Shown here piece by piece: positions 19,554-28,478 of a DNA stretch of 64,000 nt. The position numbers and the translations under genes are program-made. The DNA is from Bacteroidota bacterium (lineage in GTDB: Bacteria; Bacteroidota; Bacteroidia; Bacteroidales; UBA4417). The DNA is taken from positions 6,228 to 70,227 of the forward strand of contig JBAXBJ010000013.1 in NCBI GenBank assembly GCA_037142075.1. Reading direction: 5' to 3'. Each line of letters begins with the position of its first letter. Within the stretch, counting starts at the first letter, position 1. The notes beneath the pieces are model-generated. The model was not told the origin of the DNA and searched no databases. It saw nothing but the letters and a program-made list of their open reading frames with translations.

Positions 19554-21329
19554 CTAAATATCGTCACAAAAACGAATGTCTTTGATATTTAATTGAATAT
19601 TCCGTATGCCATTCCATTCATTTTCTTCGATGTGGTAACAGATATTCATGCTTTTCCCTTTCTGTATAGCATCGTATTTATCGCCTTGTTGAAATGCGAT
19701 CCCCGAATATGGTGCACTGCGCACTGATTCCTGGTAAACCGTGAGTTTAACATGGTTTTTGCCAACTATACGGGCATGTCCAGAATCTACAGTTCCGCAG
19801 GTCATAAATACGGGCGACATATTACCCGGGCCAAAAGGGGCAAACTGTTTGAGAATGCGCAGAAATTTAGGTGTGATCTGGTTCAGGTTTATTTCGAGGT
19901 CAACCTCAACTTCAGGAATCAGCATTTCATCGGTTATACTTGCCGAAACTATTGAATTGAACCTTTTCCTGAAAGGCTCCAGGTTTTCGGGCTTCAACGA
20001 TAAACCTGCCGCGTACATATGCCCGCCAAAATGTTCCAGCAGATCGCTGCAGGCATCAATGGCATCGTAAACATCGAAATCTTTAACTGAACGGGCCGAA
20101 CCTGTGATCAATCCGTTCGATTGTGTTAACACAACCGTGGGGCGATAATATGATTCGGTAAGCCGCGATGCAACAATCCCAATTACGCCTTTGTGCCAGT
20201 TAGGGTTAAAAACCACGGTCGCCTTTGCCTTGCGGAGTATTTTATCGTTATCAATAAGATCAAGGGCTTCGAGCGTGATTTGTGTGTCGAGCGTGCGGCG
20301 TTCGTTATTAAAATCGTTAATTTGCAGGGCTATGGTTCCGGCTGTTTCCATATCAGGTGAAACCAGGAGTTTAACCGAATTTCGCCCACTTTCGACGCGT
20401 CCTGCGGCATTGATCCGGGGACCAACCACAAAAACCATATCACTGATGGTGAGTTCGCGCGAAAACAATAAGCCTTTATCCTCACCCTCTTTGCTGATTT
20501 CATCTTCCTGTTTGCGGACAATGTTTGCTACATTTAAAATGGACTCGATTCCCGGGCGTGGATTGGTATTGATGAGTTTCAGGCCGAAATGTGCAAGTAT
20601 CCGGTTTTCGCCAACAATGGGAACAATATCGGATGCAATGCTGATGGTAACCAGATCCAGGTATTTATAAAGGCTTTCGAAAGAGATGTCATGGGTTTGT
20701 GCATAGGCCTGAATCAATTTAAAGCCTACACCACAGCCCGAAAGTTCGTCGAAGGGATACGTGGAATCAGCTCTTTTTGCATCAAGCACGGCCACTGCAT
20801 CGGGCAATTCGTCACCCGGCCGGTGATGGTCGCAGATAATGAAATCAATGCCGCGATCCTTTGCATATTTAACTTTGTCAACAGCTTTGATACCACAATC
20901 GAGGGCAATTATAAGGGAGAAACCCTGTTCCTTTGCGTAATCAATTCCATTAAAGGATATCCCATACCCTTCACGGTACCTGTCGGGAATATAATAATCG
21001 AGATTCTGAAAGCCATTTTCTTTAAAAAAAGCATATACGAGTGAAACGGCAGTTGTGCCATCCACGTCGTAATCGCCATAAACCATAATTTTCTGACCGT
21101 TGTTCCGGGTTGCTTCAATACGGTCAATGGCTTTGTCCATATCGTTTAACAGGAAAGGATCGTGCAATTGCGACAGGTCAGGCCTGAAAAAAGCTTTTGC
21201 TTCTTCAAAATTTTTAATATCCCTTTGAACGAGCAGTTCGGCTAATGCAACTTCAATCCCCAATGCCCCGGCAATTTCCGCAATGAGGGATTCATTTCCT
21301 TTTTGTTTTAGTACCCAGCGTTTTTCCAT
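19554..21329 (-). CDS. recJ: single-stranded-DNA-specific exonuclease RecJ
   Basis: 591 aa. DHH-family motifs present: VYGDYDVDGTT, ALDCG, DFIICDHHRP. A DHHA1 segment contains GGHMYAAG. Confidence 0.92.
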   Translation of the reverse strand: MEKRWVLKQKGNESLIAEIAGALGIEVALAELLVQRDIKNFEEAKAFFRPDLSQLHDPFLLNDMDKAIDRIEATRNNGQKIMVYGDYDVDGTTAVSLVYAFFKENGFQNLDYYIPDRYREGYGISFNGIDYAKEQGFSLIIALDCGIKAVDKVKYAKDRGIDFIICDHHRPGDELPDAVAVLDAKRADSTYPFDELSGCGVGFKLIQAYAQTHDISFESLYKYLDLVTISIASDIVPIVGENRILAHFGLKLINTNPRPGIESILNVANIVRKQEDEISKEGEDKGLLFSRELTISDMVFVVGPRINAAGRVESGRNSVKLLVSPDMETAGTIALQINDFNNERRTLDTQITLEALDLIDNDKILRKAKATVVFNPNWHKGVIGIVASRLTESYYRPTVVLTQSNGLITGSARSVKDFDVYDAIDACSDLLEHFGGHMYAAGLSLKPENLEPFRKRFNSIVSASITDEMLIPEVEVDLEINLNQITPKFLRILKQFAPFGPGNMSPVFMTCGTVDSGHARIVGKNHVKLTVYQESVRSAPYSGIAFQQGDKYDAIQKGKSMNICYHIEENEWNGIRNIQLNIKDIRFCDDI

Positions 21330-21447
21330 AGTATAAGCCCTCCGGCAAAAATAGCGTTTTTGCCGTACAATTGCATTGCTTTTTTACGTTCCGGCAGACA
21401 GTTTTCGAAATTGCCTTTAACTGTGACGAATCGGGTATGTGTTTTTA

Positions 21448-22698
21448 TTAAAAAGTGGAACGCATGGCATCAACCGGGTCGAGGCGCGAAGCCGACCATG
21501 CAGGAAATAAGCCCGAAAACAACCCGATAAAAGCGGATACTGAAAGTCCGAGCACTATGTTTTTAAGGCTGAGTACCAGTTCCATTCCCGCAAATTTGGT
21601 TACAAGCACGGTTCCTATGTATATGATCAGCAAACCAAACAGACCGCCCAACATCGACAGGAATACAGCTTCGAACAGGAATTGTTGCAGCACAAAGGAA
21701 TTGCGGGCACCGAGCGATTTCTGAATGCCTATCTGCCCTGTACGTTCCTTAACGGAAACAAACATGATGTTGGCAATACCAAAACCACCCACCAGCAACG
21801 AGAAACCGCCTATTACCCAGCCGACAATGGCTATGACACCGAATACCTGGTCGAAACCCTGTGTTATAACACTCGTTTCGTTGATAGCAAAATTATCCTT
21901 GGCAGTCGGCTTCAGTTTTCGGATGGACCGCATAATACCGGTCATTTCATCACGCAGTGCTTCGTTTGTAACATTCTTCTTACCTCGGACCATAATGGAT
22001 GAACCAATTTCGTGGTTGTTCAGATCAATAAAATTACGGGCAAAGTTTACAGGCATCATTACCCATGTGTCATTCGATTTGCCAAATGTATTATCACCTT
22101 CTTTTTTGAAAGTTCCGATTATCTGAACCTTACGGCCGAAAACGAGGATATCTTTGCCAAGCGGATCGGAATCCCCCAAAAGTTCTTTAATGATTTTATC
22201 TCCGACAACAGCTACCGGGCTTCCGCTTTGCGATTCCGACAACGAGAAATACCGTCCTGCCGATAAGTTGATAGCTTCCACCTTTTCGTAGTCGTGCGAA
22301 GCCCCGATTACGGCAGCACCTTCGAAAGTGACCCCGCCCTGCTTTACATTTCGTTCGGTAGCTACATAATATGCCACAGCATCACAGAGGTTACTGCGTT
22401 TTTGTATTTCTTCCATTTCCTGAAGGCGGGTTTCGGGGCGCTTCATATATTCCCACCAGGCATAGTTTTCGCCACCCATCGCCCATGGCCATTTCTGAAT
22501 AAAAAGAACATTGCTGCCCAGTTCTTCAATGTTTTTCCTCAACTTATTCTCGATACTGTCGAAAACAGTCAGCACCGATATAACGGAAAAGATACCAATC
22601 GTTATGCCTAGTAACGACAAAAAGGTTCGGACTTTATTGGCAACAATTGCCCGCATGGCAAAAGCAAATGACTCACCTATCAACCTCAGATAAAGCAT
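21448..22698 (-). CDS. ABC transporter permease (MacB-like periplasmic domain + FtsX domain)
   Basis: 416 aa. It has an N-terminal TM, a large periplasmic domain, and three C-terminal TMs with the FtsX-type loop VSVKERTGQIGIQKSLGA. Confidence 0.85.
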   Translation of the reverse strand: MLYLRLIGESFAFAMRAIVANKVRTFLSLLGITIGIFSVISVLTVFDSIENKLRKNIEELGSNVLFIQKWPWAMGGENYAWWEYMKRPETRLQEMEEIQKRSNLCDAVAYYVATERNVKQGGVTFEGAAVIGASHDYEKVEAINLSAGRYFSLSESQSGSPVAVVGDKIIKELLGDSDPLGKDILVFGRKVQIIGTFKKEGDNTFGKSNDTWVMMPVNFARNFIDLNNHEIGSSIMVRGKKNVTNEALRDEMTGIMRSIRKLKPTAKDNFAINETSVITQGFDQVFGVIAIVGWVIGGFSLLVGGFGIANIMFVSVKERTGQIGIQKSLGARNSFVLQQFLFEAVFLSMLGGLFGLLIIYIGTVLVTKFAGMELVLSLKNIVLGLSVSAFIGLFSGLFPAWSASRLDPVDAMRSTF

Positions 22699-22735
22699 GG
22701 ATGTATTTTGTTGAATTTGTTAATTACATTATTTT

Positions 22736-22855
22736 GTTTCAGAGTTTCGGGTTTCAGAGTTTCATGTTTCAGAGTTTCATGTTTCAGAGTTTCATGTTTC
22801 CGAGTTTCATGTTTCAGAATTTCTGGTTTCAGAATTTCTGGTTTTCGAATTCCTG
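22736..22855 (+). repeat. tandem 15-mer array (GTTTCAGAGTTTCAT) x8
   Basis: Eight consecutive units degenerating to GTTTCAGAATTTCTG. The array is complementary in motif to the CTGAAAC-rich array at 22890-23080. Confidence 0.9.
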
Positions 22856-22889
22856 TTAGAACTGAGCTATAAGTTGAAGCAAGTCATTA

Positions 22890-23080
22890 CTGAAAGCAAG
22901 TTTCTCTTGATAACCAACCCTGAAACCTGAAACCCTGAAACTTTTTTCAACCCTGAAAGCAAGTTTCTCTCGATAACCACCCCTGAAACCTGAAACCCTG
23001 AAACTTTTTCAATCCTGAAAGCAAGTTTCTCTTGATAACCAACTCTGAAACCCTGAAACTTGAAACCCTGAAATTTTTAA
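22890..23080 (+). repeat. three tandem ~62-nt units, each CTGAAAGCAAGTTTCTCTTGATAACCA + (CCTGAAAC)n
   Basis: Units start at about 22890, 22952 and 23014. The CTGAAAC tracts are the reverse complement of the GTTTCAG array at 22736-22855. Confidence 0.85.
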
Positions 23081-23280
23081 GCTTCAATTTCGATATTTCA
23101 CTACATATTGCTGATCGTAAAAAGAACCCCTTAATCCTGATGTAAAATTACATACAATTCCGTTGTTATTCACTATCTTGCTGCACATTCAATAATTATT
23201 GACTTTTTTTGACTTTTTATAAAAATCCTGCCCCGAAAATCGATAAAATTGCAAACTTAATCTGAAAAGTTAGATAGCCC

Positions 23281-24807
23281 ATGAATACTACAAAAGTCAT
23301 ACATTCTGCCTTGATTTCGGTATACAACAAAGACCACATCGACGAAATTGTACACAAACTGGATGCATTAGGCGTAACCATTTATTCCACCGGCGGCACG
23401 TACGATTATATCCGCAGCCTTGGCGTTGAAGCAATAACCGTTGAGAGTCTGACATCCTATCCTTCTATTTTCGGCGGTCGTGTTAAAACGCTGCATCCCA
23501 AAGTATTCGGTGGTATTTTATACAGGCGTGGGGAGGAAGAGGACGTAAAACAGGCCGAAACTTTCGAAATACCTCCCATCGACCTGGTAATTGTTGACCT
23601 ATATCCTTTCGAGGCGACAGTTGCCTCAAACGCCAGCGAAGATGAAATAATCGAAAAGATTGACATTGGTGGTATTTCACTCATCAGAGCTGCCGCAAAA
23701 AACTACAACGATGTCATTATTGTTCCTTCATCCGGGCAATATATGGAATTGATAAAACTGCTGGAAATAAAAAACGGGTCCAGCGATTTAGATGACAGGT
23801 ATTACTTTGCCGCCCAGGCATTTAACGTATCCTCTCATTACGATACCGCTATTTTCAATTATTTCAACAGGAAAGCGGGTATAGAAACATTCAAGCAAAG
23901 TATTTCCAAAAGCGAAGTGCTGCGGTATGGCGAAAATCCGCATCAGGAAGGAGTTTTTTACGGTGAAATGAGCGAAATATTCGAACAACTGAATGGCAAA
24001 GCCATATCGTATAATAACCTGGTGGATCTGGAGGCTGCGCTGGCATTGATCCGTGAATTTTCCGAACCTACTTTTGCCATCATTAAACATACCAATGCCT
24101 GCGGCCTTGCCAGCCGGTCTACGCTGAAACAAGCCTGGCTTGATGCCCTTGCCGGCGACCCTGTTTCGGCATTTGGCGGGGTAGTGTCTGGCAACAGAAT
24201 CATCGACCTCGAAACAGCCGTAGAAATGAATAAACTGTTCTTCGAAATACTAATTGCACCCGGTTTTGAAAAAAATGCACTGGAACTCCTAAAGTCAAAG
24301 AAAAATAGAATAATTTTGCAGATTAAACCGATTGATTTTCAGGCTAAACAATTTAAGTCAGTACTCAATGGAGTTATTGAGCAGTTAAAGGATTCGCATT
24401 CCGAAACAGCCACTGATCTTCAGGCAGTTACGCTTTCTCATCCTGATGAACAGCAGGTTAAAGATTTGCTTTTTGCCAATATCATTGTTAAACATCTGAA
24501 AAGCAATGCTATTGTGCTGGCTAAAAACGGGCAGCTTCTGGGTGCGGGATGTGGAATGACTTCGAGAGTGGATGCACTGAAACATGCTGTTTCAAAAGCC
24601 GGTGAGTTTGGATTCGACCTGCATGGGGCTGTAATGGCTTCCGATGCATTTTTCCCTTTTGCCGATTCGGTTGAACTGGCGCATAAAGCGGGAATTACCG
24701 GAGTGATACAACCCGGAGGTTCGGTCCGCGATGAGGATTCGATAAACTATTGTAACCAACATGGTGTCGCAATGGTTTTCACAGGTGTAAGGCATTTTAA
24801 GCATTAG
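23281..24807 (+). CDS. purH: bifunctional AICAR transformylase / IMP cyclohydrolase
   Basis: 508 aa. MGS-like N-terminal domain (ALISVYNKD..STGGT..GGRVKTLHPK.. DLVIVDLYPF). AICARFT C-terminal domain (YGENPHQ, ISYNNLVD, IIKHTNACG, GGSVRD). Confidence 0.95.
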   Translation: MNTTKVIHSALISVYNKDHIDEIVHKLDALGVTIYSTGGTYDYIRSLGVEAITVESLTSYPSIFGGRVKTLHPKVFGGILYRRGEEEDVKQAETFEIPPIDLVIVDLYPFEATVASNASEDEIIEKIDIGGISLIRAAAKNYNDVIIVPSSGQYMELIKLLEIKNGSSDLDDRYYFAAQAFNVSSHYDTAIFNYFNRKAGIETFKQSISKSEVLRYGENPHQEGVFYGEMSEIFEQLNGKAISYNNLVDLEAALALIREFSEPTFAIIKHTNACGLASRSTLKQAWLDALAGDPVSAFGGVVSGNRIIDLETAVEMNKLFFEILIAPGFEKNALELLKSKKNRIILQIKPIDFQAKQFKSVLNGVIEQLKDSHSETATDLQAVTLSHPDEQQVKDLLFANIIVKHLKSNAIVLAKNGQLLGAGCGMTSRVDALKHAVSKAGEFGFDLHGAVMASDAFFPFADSVELAHKAGITGVIQPGGSVRDEDSINYCNQHGVAMVFTGVRHFKH

Positions 24808-24833
24808 GTCTTTTAATGTTTGTTAATACTTAA

Positions 24834-24903
24834 GGAGGGTGACTGGTTGAGGAGTGACAAGGCGAGGGGCGACAAGGGGATGGGAGAATGGGCGAAATGG
24901 AAT
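24834..24903 (+). repeat. purine-rich heptad-phased element after the purH stop
   Basis: GGAGGGT GACTGGT TGAGGAG TGACAAG GCGAGGG GCGACAA GGGGATG GGAGAAT GGGCGAA ATGGAAT. Same class as 14903-14951 and 63479-63520. Confidence 0.7.
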
Positions 24904-24982
24904 AACCTTCTAAAATTCAGAATAGATTTCAGATCAGAATTTGATTACCATCACATTTTAAAAAAAGGAAGAATACACAGAC

Positions 24983-26005
24983 ATGGGACTTTTTTCATTT
25001 CTTACCAAAGAAATAGCGATGGATCTTGGCACGGCCAATACTATCATCATATATAACGACAAAGTAGTTGTTGACGAACCTTCGATAATAGCCATCGAAC
25101 GTAACACCGGCAAAGTACTTGCCGTGGGCAAACGCGCGCAGATGATGCACGGTAAAACCCATGAAAATATTAAAACCATCCGGCCTCTCAGGGATGGCGT
25201 AATTGCCGATTTTCAGTCGGCAGAATATATGATCCGCGAGTTTATTAAAATGACCGGCCCTAACCGTAGTCTTTTTCCGCCGGCATTACGCATGGTTATT
25301 TGCATCCCTTCGGGTATTACCGAGGTGGAAGAACGAGCCGTAAAAGATTCGGCCGAACAAGCCGGAGCCAAGGAAGTTCGCCTCATACACGAACCTATGG
25401 CTGCCGCTATCGGAATCGGGTTTGATGTACTGGAACCTGTTGGAAATATGGTTATCGACATTGGCGGCGGTACCAGCGAAATTGCAGTTATTGCGCTCGG
25501 TGGCATTGTAAATAACAAGTCCATCCGTATTGCCGGCGACGATTTTAACGCCGACATTGAGGAATATATGCGCAAACAGCACAACATCAATATCGGTGAA
25601 CGCACTTCGGAACTTATTAAAATTGAAGTGGGAGCCGCCCTGACCGAAATTGACAACCCGCCCCCTGATTATGCCGTTCATGGCCGCGATATGCTCACTG
25701 GTATTCCGAAAGAGGTTTATGTTAATTATGCCGAGATAGCTCACGCACTCGATAAATCGATCTCGAAAATTGAAGCTGCTGTGTTGAATGCTCTCGAAAT
25801 GACGCCTCCCGAACTTGCCGCCGATATTTTTAAAACCGGTATTTACCTTGCCGGTGGAGGTTCGTTGCTGCGCGGACTGGATAAACGTATTCACATGAAA
25901 ACCAAGTTGCCTGTGCATGTTGCCGATGATCCTTTGCATGCCGTGGCCCGCGGAACGGGCATTGCGCTTAAGAATTTTGATAAGTTTACTTTCCTTATAA
26001 AATAA
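24983..26005 (+). CDS. mreB: rod shape-determining protein MreB
   Basis: 340 aa. Actin-fold motifs present: IAMDLGTANT, VIDIGGGTSEIAVI, GIYLAGGGSLLRGLD. Confidence 0.95.
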   Translation: MGLFSFLTKEIAMDLGTANTIIIYNDKVVVDEPSIIAIERNTGKVLAVGKRAQMMHGKTHENIKTIRPLRDGVIADFQSAEYMIREFIKMTGPNRSLFPPALRMVICIPSGITEVEERAVKDSAEQAGAKEVRLIHEPMAAAIGIGFDVLEPVGNMVIDIGGGTSEIAVIALGGIVNNKSIRIAGDDFNADIEEYMRKQHNINIGERTSELIKIEVGAALTEIDNPPPDYAVHGRDMLTGIPKEVYVNYAEIAHALDKSISKIEAAVLNALEMTPPELAADIFKTGIYLAGGGSLLRGLDKRIHMKTKLPVHVADDPLHAVARGTGIALKNFDKFTFLIK

Positions 26006-26011
26006 AAACCG

Positions 26012-26060
26012 CCGGATTCCGGATTCCAGATTCCAAAATCTAGGATCCAGATTCCGCAGC
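26012..26060 (+). repeat. heptad array CCGGATT/CCAGATT x7 in the mreB-mreC spacer
   Basis: CCGGATT CCGGATT CCAGATT CCAAAAT CTAGGAT CCAGATT CCGCAGC, starting 7 nt after the mreB stop. Confidence 0.8.
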
Positions 26061-26117
26061 CACCCGGCACCCAAGTTTGCAAAATACCACTTAATCAAAA
26101 CGATACCGTAACTGATT

Positions 26118-26957
26118 ATGCGTAATATCCTGGTTTTTATCGTCCGGTATCACTTTGTGCTGTTATTTCTGCTGCTTGAAATTTTCTCGATCACCTTGCT
26201 GGTAAATTCGACTTATTACCAGAGTTCTGTCCTGCTAAAGGAAGGAAGCCGCATTACCGGCCGCTTCTATACCAGTATCAGCGATGCCACCGATTACCTT
26301 AAACTTCGAACAACCAATGAACACCTGGCACGTGAAAATGCCATGCTCCGGCAAATGAAGGGGGTTTCTTTCCTGAAAAATGATACCAACAGTTTCTGGG
26401 TCAACGATACAGTTTATAAGCAGCAATACAAATACATTGTGTCCAAAGTGGTATTAAATACGGTTGGCAAGCGTAATAATTACATCATGCTCGACAAGGG
26501 GAGCCGCAGCGGGATTCAGAAAGATATGGCTGTGATTACGTCCAACGGAATTGTGGGTACAGTGGTAAACGTATCCGAGAACTTCAGCTGGGTGATGAGC
26601 CTGTTGAATAAGCACACACGAATCAGTGGCCGGATTACGAAAAATAACCAGATGGGAACCATCGTCTGGAATGGTATCGATCACCTGTACGGCACGCTGA
26701 CCGATATTCCCGCCCATGTCAAGATCGCGAAAGGCGATACCATTGTAAGCAGCGGTTATTCCTATATCTTCCCGGCGGGTTTAATGATTGGGACTATTAC
26801 TGATTTCAGGGTTGAACAGGGCGAACATTTTTACACCATTCCTTTCCGGTTTAGTGTCGATTTCAATGCGTTACAATATGTATATGTGGTAAATAACCTG
26901 ATGAAGGATGAGCAGCAAGCGCTCGAAAAAAGTATGGAAGGGTTGAAAGATGAATAG
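26118..26957 (+). CDS. mreC: rod shape-determining protein MreC
   Basis: 279 aa with an N-terminal TM, a coiled-coil segment (NEHLARENAMLRQ) and a beta-rich C-terminal domain. It sits between mreB and mreD. Confidence 0.85.
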   Translation: MRNILVFIVRYHFVLLFLLLEIFSITLLVNSTYYQSSVLLKEGSRITGRFYTSISDATDYLKLRTTNEHLARENAMLRQMKGVSFLKNDTNSFWVNDTVYKQQYKYIVSKVVLNTVGKRNNYIMLDKGSRSGIQKDMAVITSNGIVGTVVNVSENFSWVMSLLNKHTRISGRITKNNQMGTIVWNGIDHLYGTLTDIPAHVKIAKGDTIVSSGYSYIFPAGLMIGTITDFRVEQGEHFYTIPFRFSVDFNALQYVYVVNNLMKDEQQALEKSMEGLKDE

Positions 26958-27465
26958 GCTGGTAATTAATAGTATATTCCGATTTATCGCGCTTGTCCTT
27001 ATACAGGTTCTTATCATGAATAAGATCAATTTCTACGGATTCCTGAATCCTTATGTTTATATTTTATTTATCCTGCTTCTGCCTTTCGAAACGTCGGGAT
27101 GGCTTTTGTTACTCTTGTCATTTACGATGGGGTTGACAGTCGATCTTTTCAGCGCAACACTGGGCCTTCATGCGGCAAGCAGCGTTTTCGCAGGTTTTAT
27201 GAGGCCGCTGATAATTAAAATGGTAGGCGAAAAACCCGAATACGATATAACAACCCAACCCAAATTGCAGCAAATGGGGTTAAAATGGTTTATGGCTTAC
27301 GCCATGCTGATGGTGTTTGCACACCACCTCTTCCTGAACATGCTTGATGTTTTTAGCTTTGACGAATTCTGGCAAACCCTCCTTCGTGTTGTTATAAGTA
27401 CACTTGCTACTTTCCTTTTCATTATGCTGTTCGAGTACATCTTTGCCGCGAAAAAGGAAAAATAA
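26950..27465 (+). CDS. mreD: rod shape-determining protein MreD
   Basis: 171-aa polytopic membrane protein. Its start overlaps the mreC stop by 8 nt. Confidence 0.75.
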   Translation: MNRLVINSIFRFIALVLIQVLIMNKINFYGFLNPYVYILFILLLPFETSGWLLLLLSFTMGLTVDLFSATLGLHAASSVFAGFMRPLIIKMVGEKPEYDITTQPKLQQMGLKWFMAYAMLMVFAHHLFLNMLDVFSFDEFWQTLLRVVISTLATFLFIMLFEYIFAAKKEK

Positions 27466-27592
27466 CCGGATCCCACCTTTCCAATGCTTTTTTTATGATT
27501 TTTCTCCCCAAAGGAAAAGGAGTCATTTCATGTATGTTTTTTGTAAAAGAAAAAAGTCTACTTTTAATAATTAATTATGTAGATAATTAGAT

Positions 27593-28069
27593 ATGAGAAA
27601 ACTCTTTTTTCTTCAGATTGCATTTGTGATCCTGTTTGCTTCAGTAACCACTTCACTGTCGGCGCAAAAACCATCTGAAGAGGATAAAATTGCCATCACC
27701 GGGGCGTTGAAAACCTGGAATGCTGCTGCCAAAAGTGCAAATGTTGATCAATGCATGGCTCTGTTTGATGATTCTGAAAATATTATGCTTATTGGCTCCG
27801 ACAAAGGCGAGGTTAAGAAAGGTAAAGCCCAGATAAGGGATTGGCTTACAAAAATTTTTGGAGTTGCGAGTTTCTCGTGGGAAATGGACAGTATCAATAT
27901 TGATTCCAACGGCAAGACCGCCTGGGTTTTTGTTGAAGGCTCCATGATAGTAGAATTCCATAAGGGAGGAATAAATAGAACGCCTTATCGCTTTACCGGT
28001 ATACTGGTAAAGAAAAAGGGCGAATGGAAATGGCGGTTATTCGATGGTTCGATACCAAAGGGGGAGTAG
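27593..28069 (+). CDS. exported NTF2-fold (SnoaL/DUF4440-like) protein
   Basis: 158 aa with a signal peptide. The KTWNAAAKSANVDQCMALFDD.. WKWRLFDGS layout is typical of DUF4440/SnoaL-like proteins. Confidence 0.65.
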   Translation: MRKLFFLQIAFVILFASVTTSLSAQKPSEEDKIAITGALKTWNAAAKSANVDQCMALFDDSENIMLIGSDKGEVKKGKAQIRDWLTKIFGVASFSWEMDSINIDSNGKTAWVFVEGSMIVEFHKGGINRTPYRFTGILVKKKGEWKWRLFDGSIPKGE

Positions 28070-28073
28070 CAGA

Positions 28074-28448
28074 TTAAATTAAATCGGCTATTTTCTGAAA
28101 AGCATCTTCATCCTTAATTATATAATACTCAGCGCCTTTCTGGATGGTCTGCGCCGCAATGCCATAACTTTCCTGGCTCGAAAGCATAATAAACCGGGTG
28201 TCGGGAAGGTATTTGCGGATAGCTTCCAAAACCTCCAGGCCATTGGCGGCATCCTTTTTCACGCTATTCATGTAATAGTCGAGAATAACAACATCCGGAT
28301 TCTTCGAAAGATGCTGCATGCATTCTTCGCCCGTACTGTATATACTGATGTGGTGAGCAACTTTCCTGGTTAAAAAATCCGATAAAGCTTCTGTTAACAT
28401 CTGGTCATCGTCAACAATAAATATTTTTTTTGGTTTTGCGAATTCCAT
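28074..28448 (-). CDS. stand-alone response regulator receiver (CheY-like)
   Basis: 124 aa with an N-terminal acidic pair (IVDDD), the phospho-acceptor context VVILDYYMN, and a conserved Lys region. It lies 30 nt downstream of the hybrid kinase. Confidence 0.85.
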   Translation of the reverse strand: MEFAKPKKIFIVDDDQMLTEALSDFLTRKVAHHISIYSTGEECMQHLSKNPDVVILDYYMNSVKKDAANGLEVLEAIRKYLPDTRFIMLSSQESYGIAAQTIQKGAEYYIIKDEDAFQKIADLI

Positions 28449-28478
28449 AGCGTTTCTTGTTTAGGCAAAAGTACTGAT

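Noticed and set aside
22647-22859. 70-aa ORF FQSFGFQSFMFQSFMFQSF...
   Set aside because: It is a translation of the GTTTCAGAGTTTCAT tandem array, with no start context and no non-repetitive sequence.
23090-23280. ZTP/pfl-type riboswitch upstream of purH
   Set aside because: I could not find the conserved GGGTCGTGAC / CCGGGC...GCCTGGGC-type pseudoknot elements in the leader. The region is AT-rich with only promoter-like motifs.
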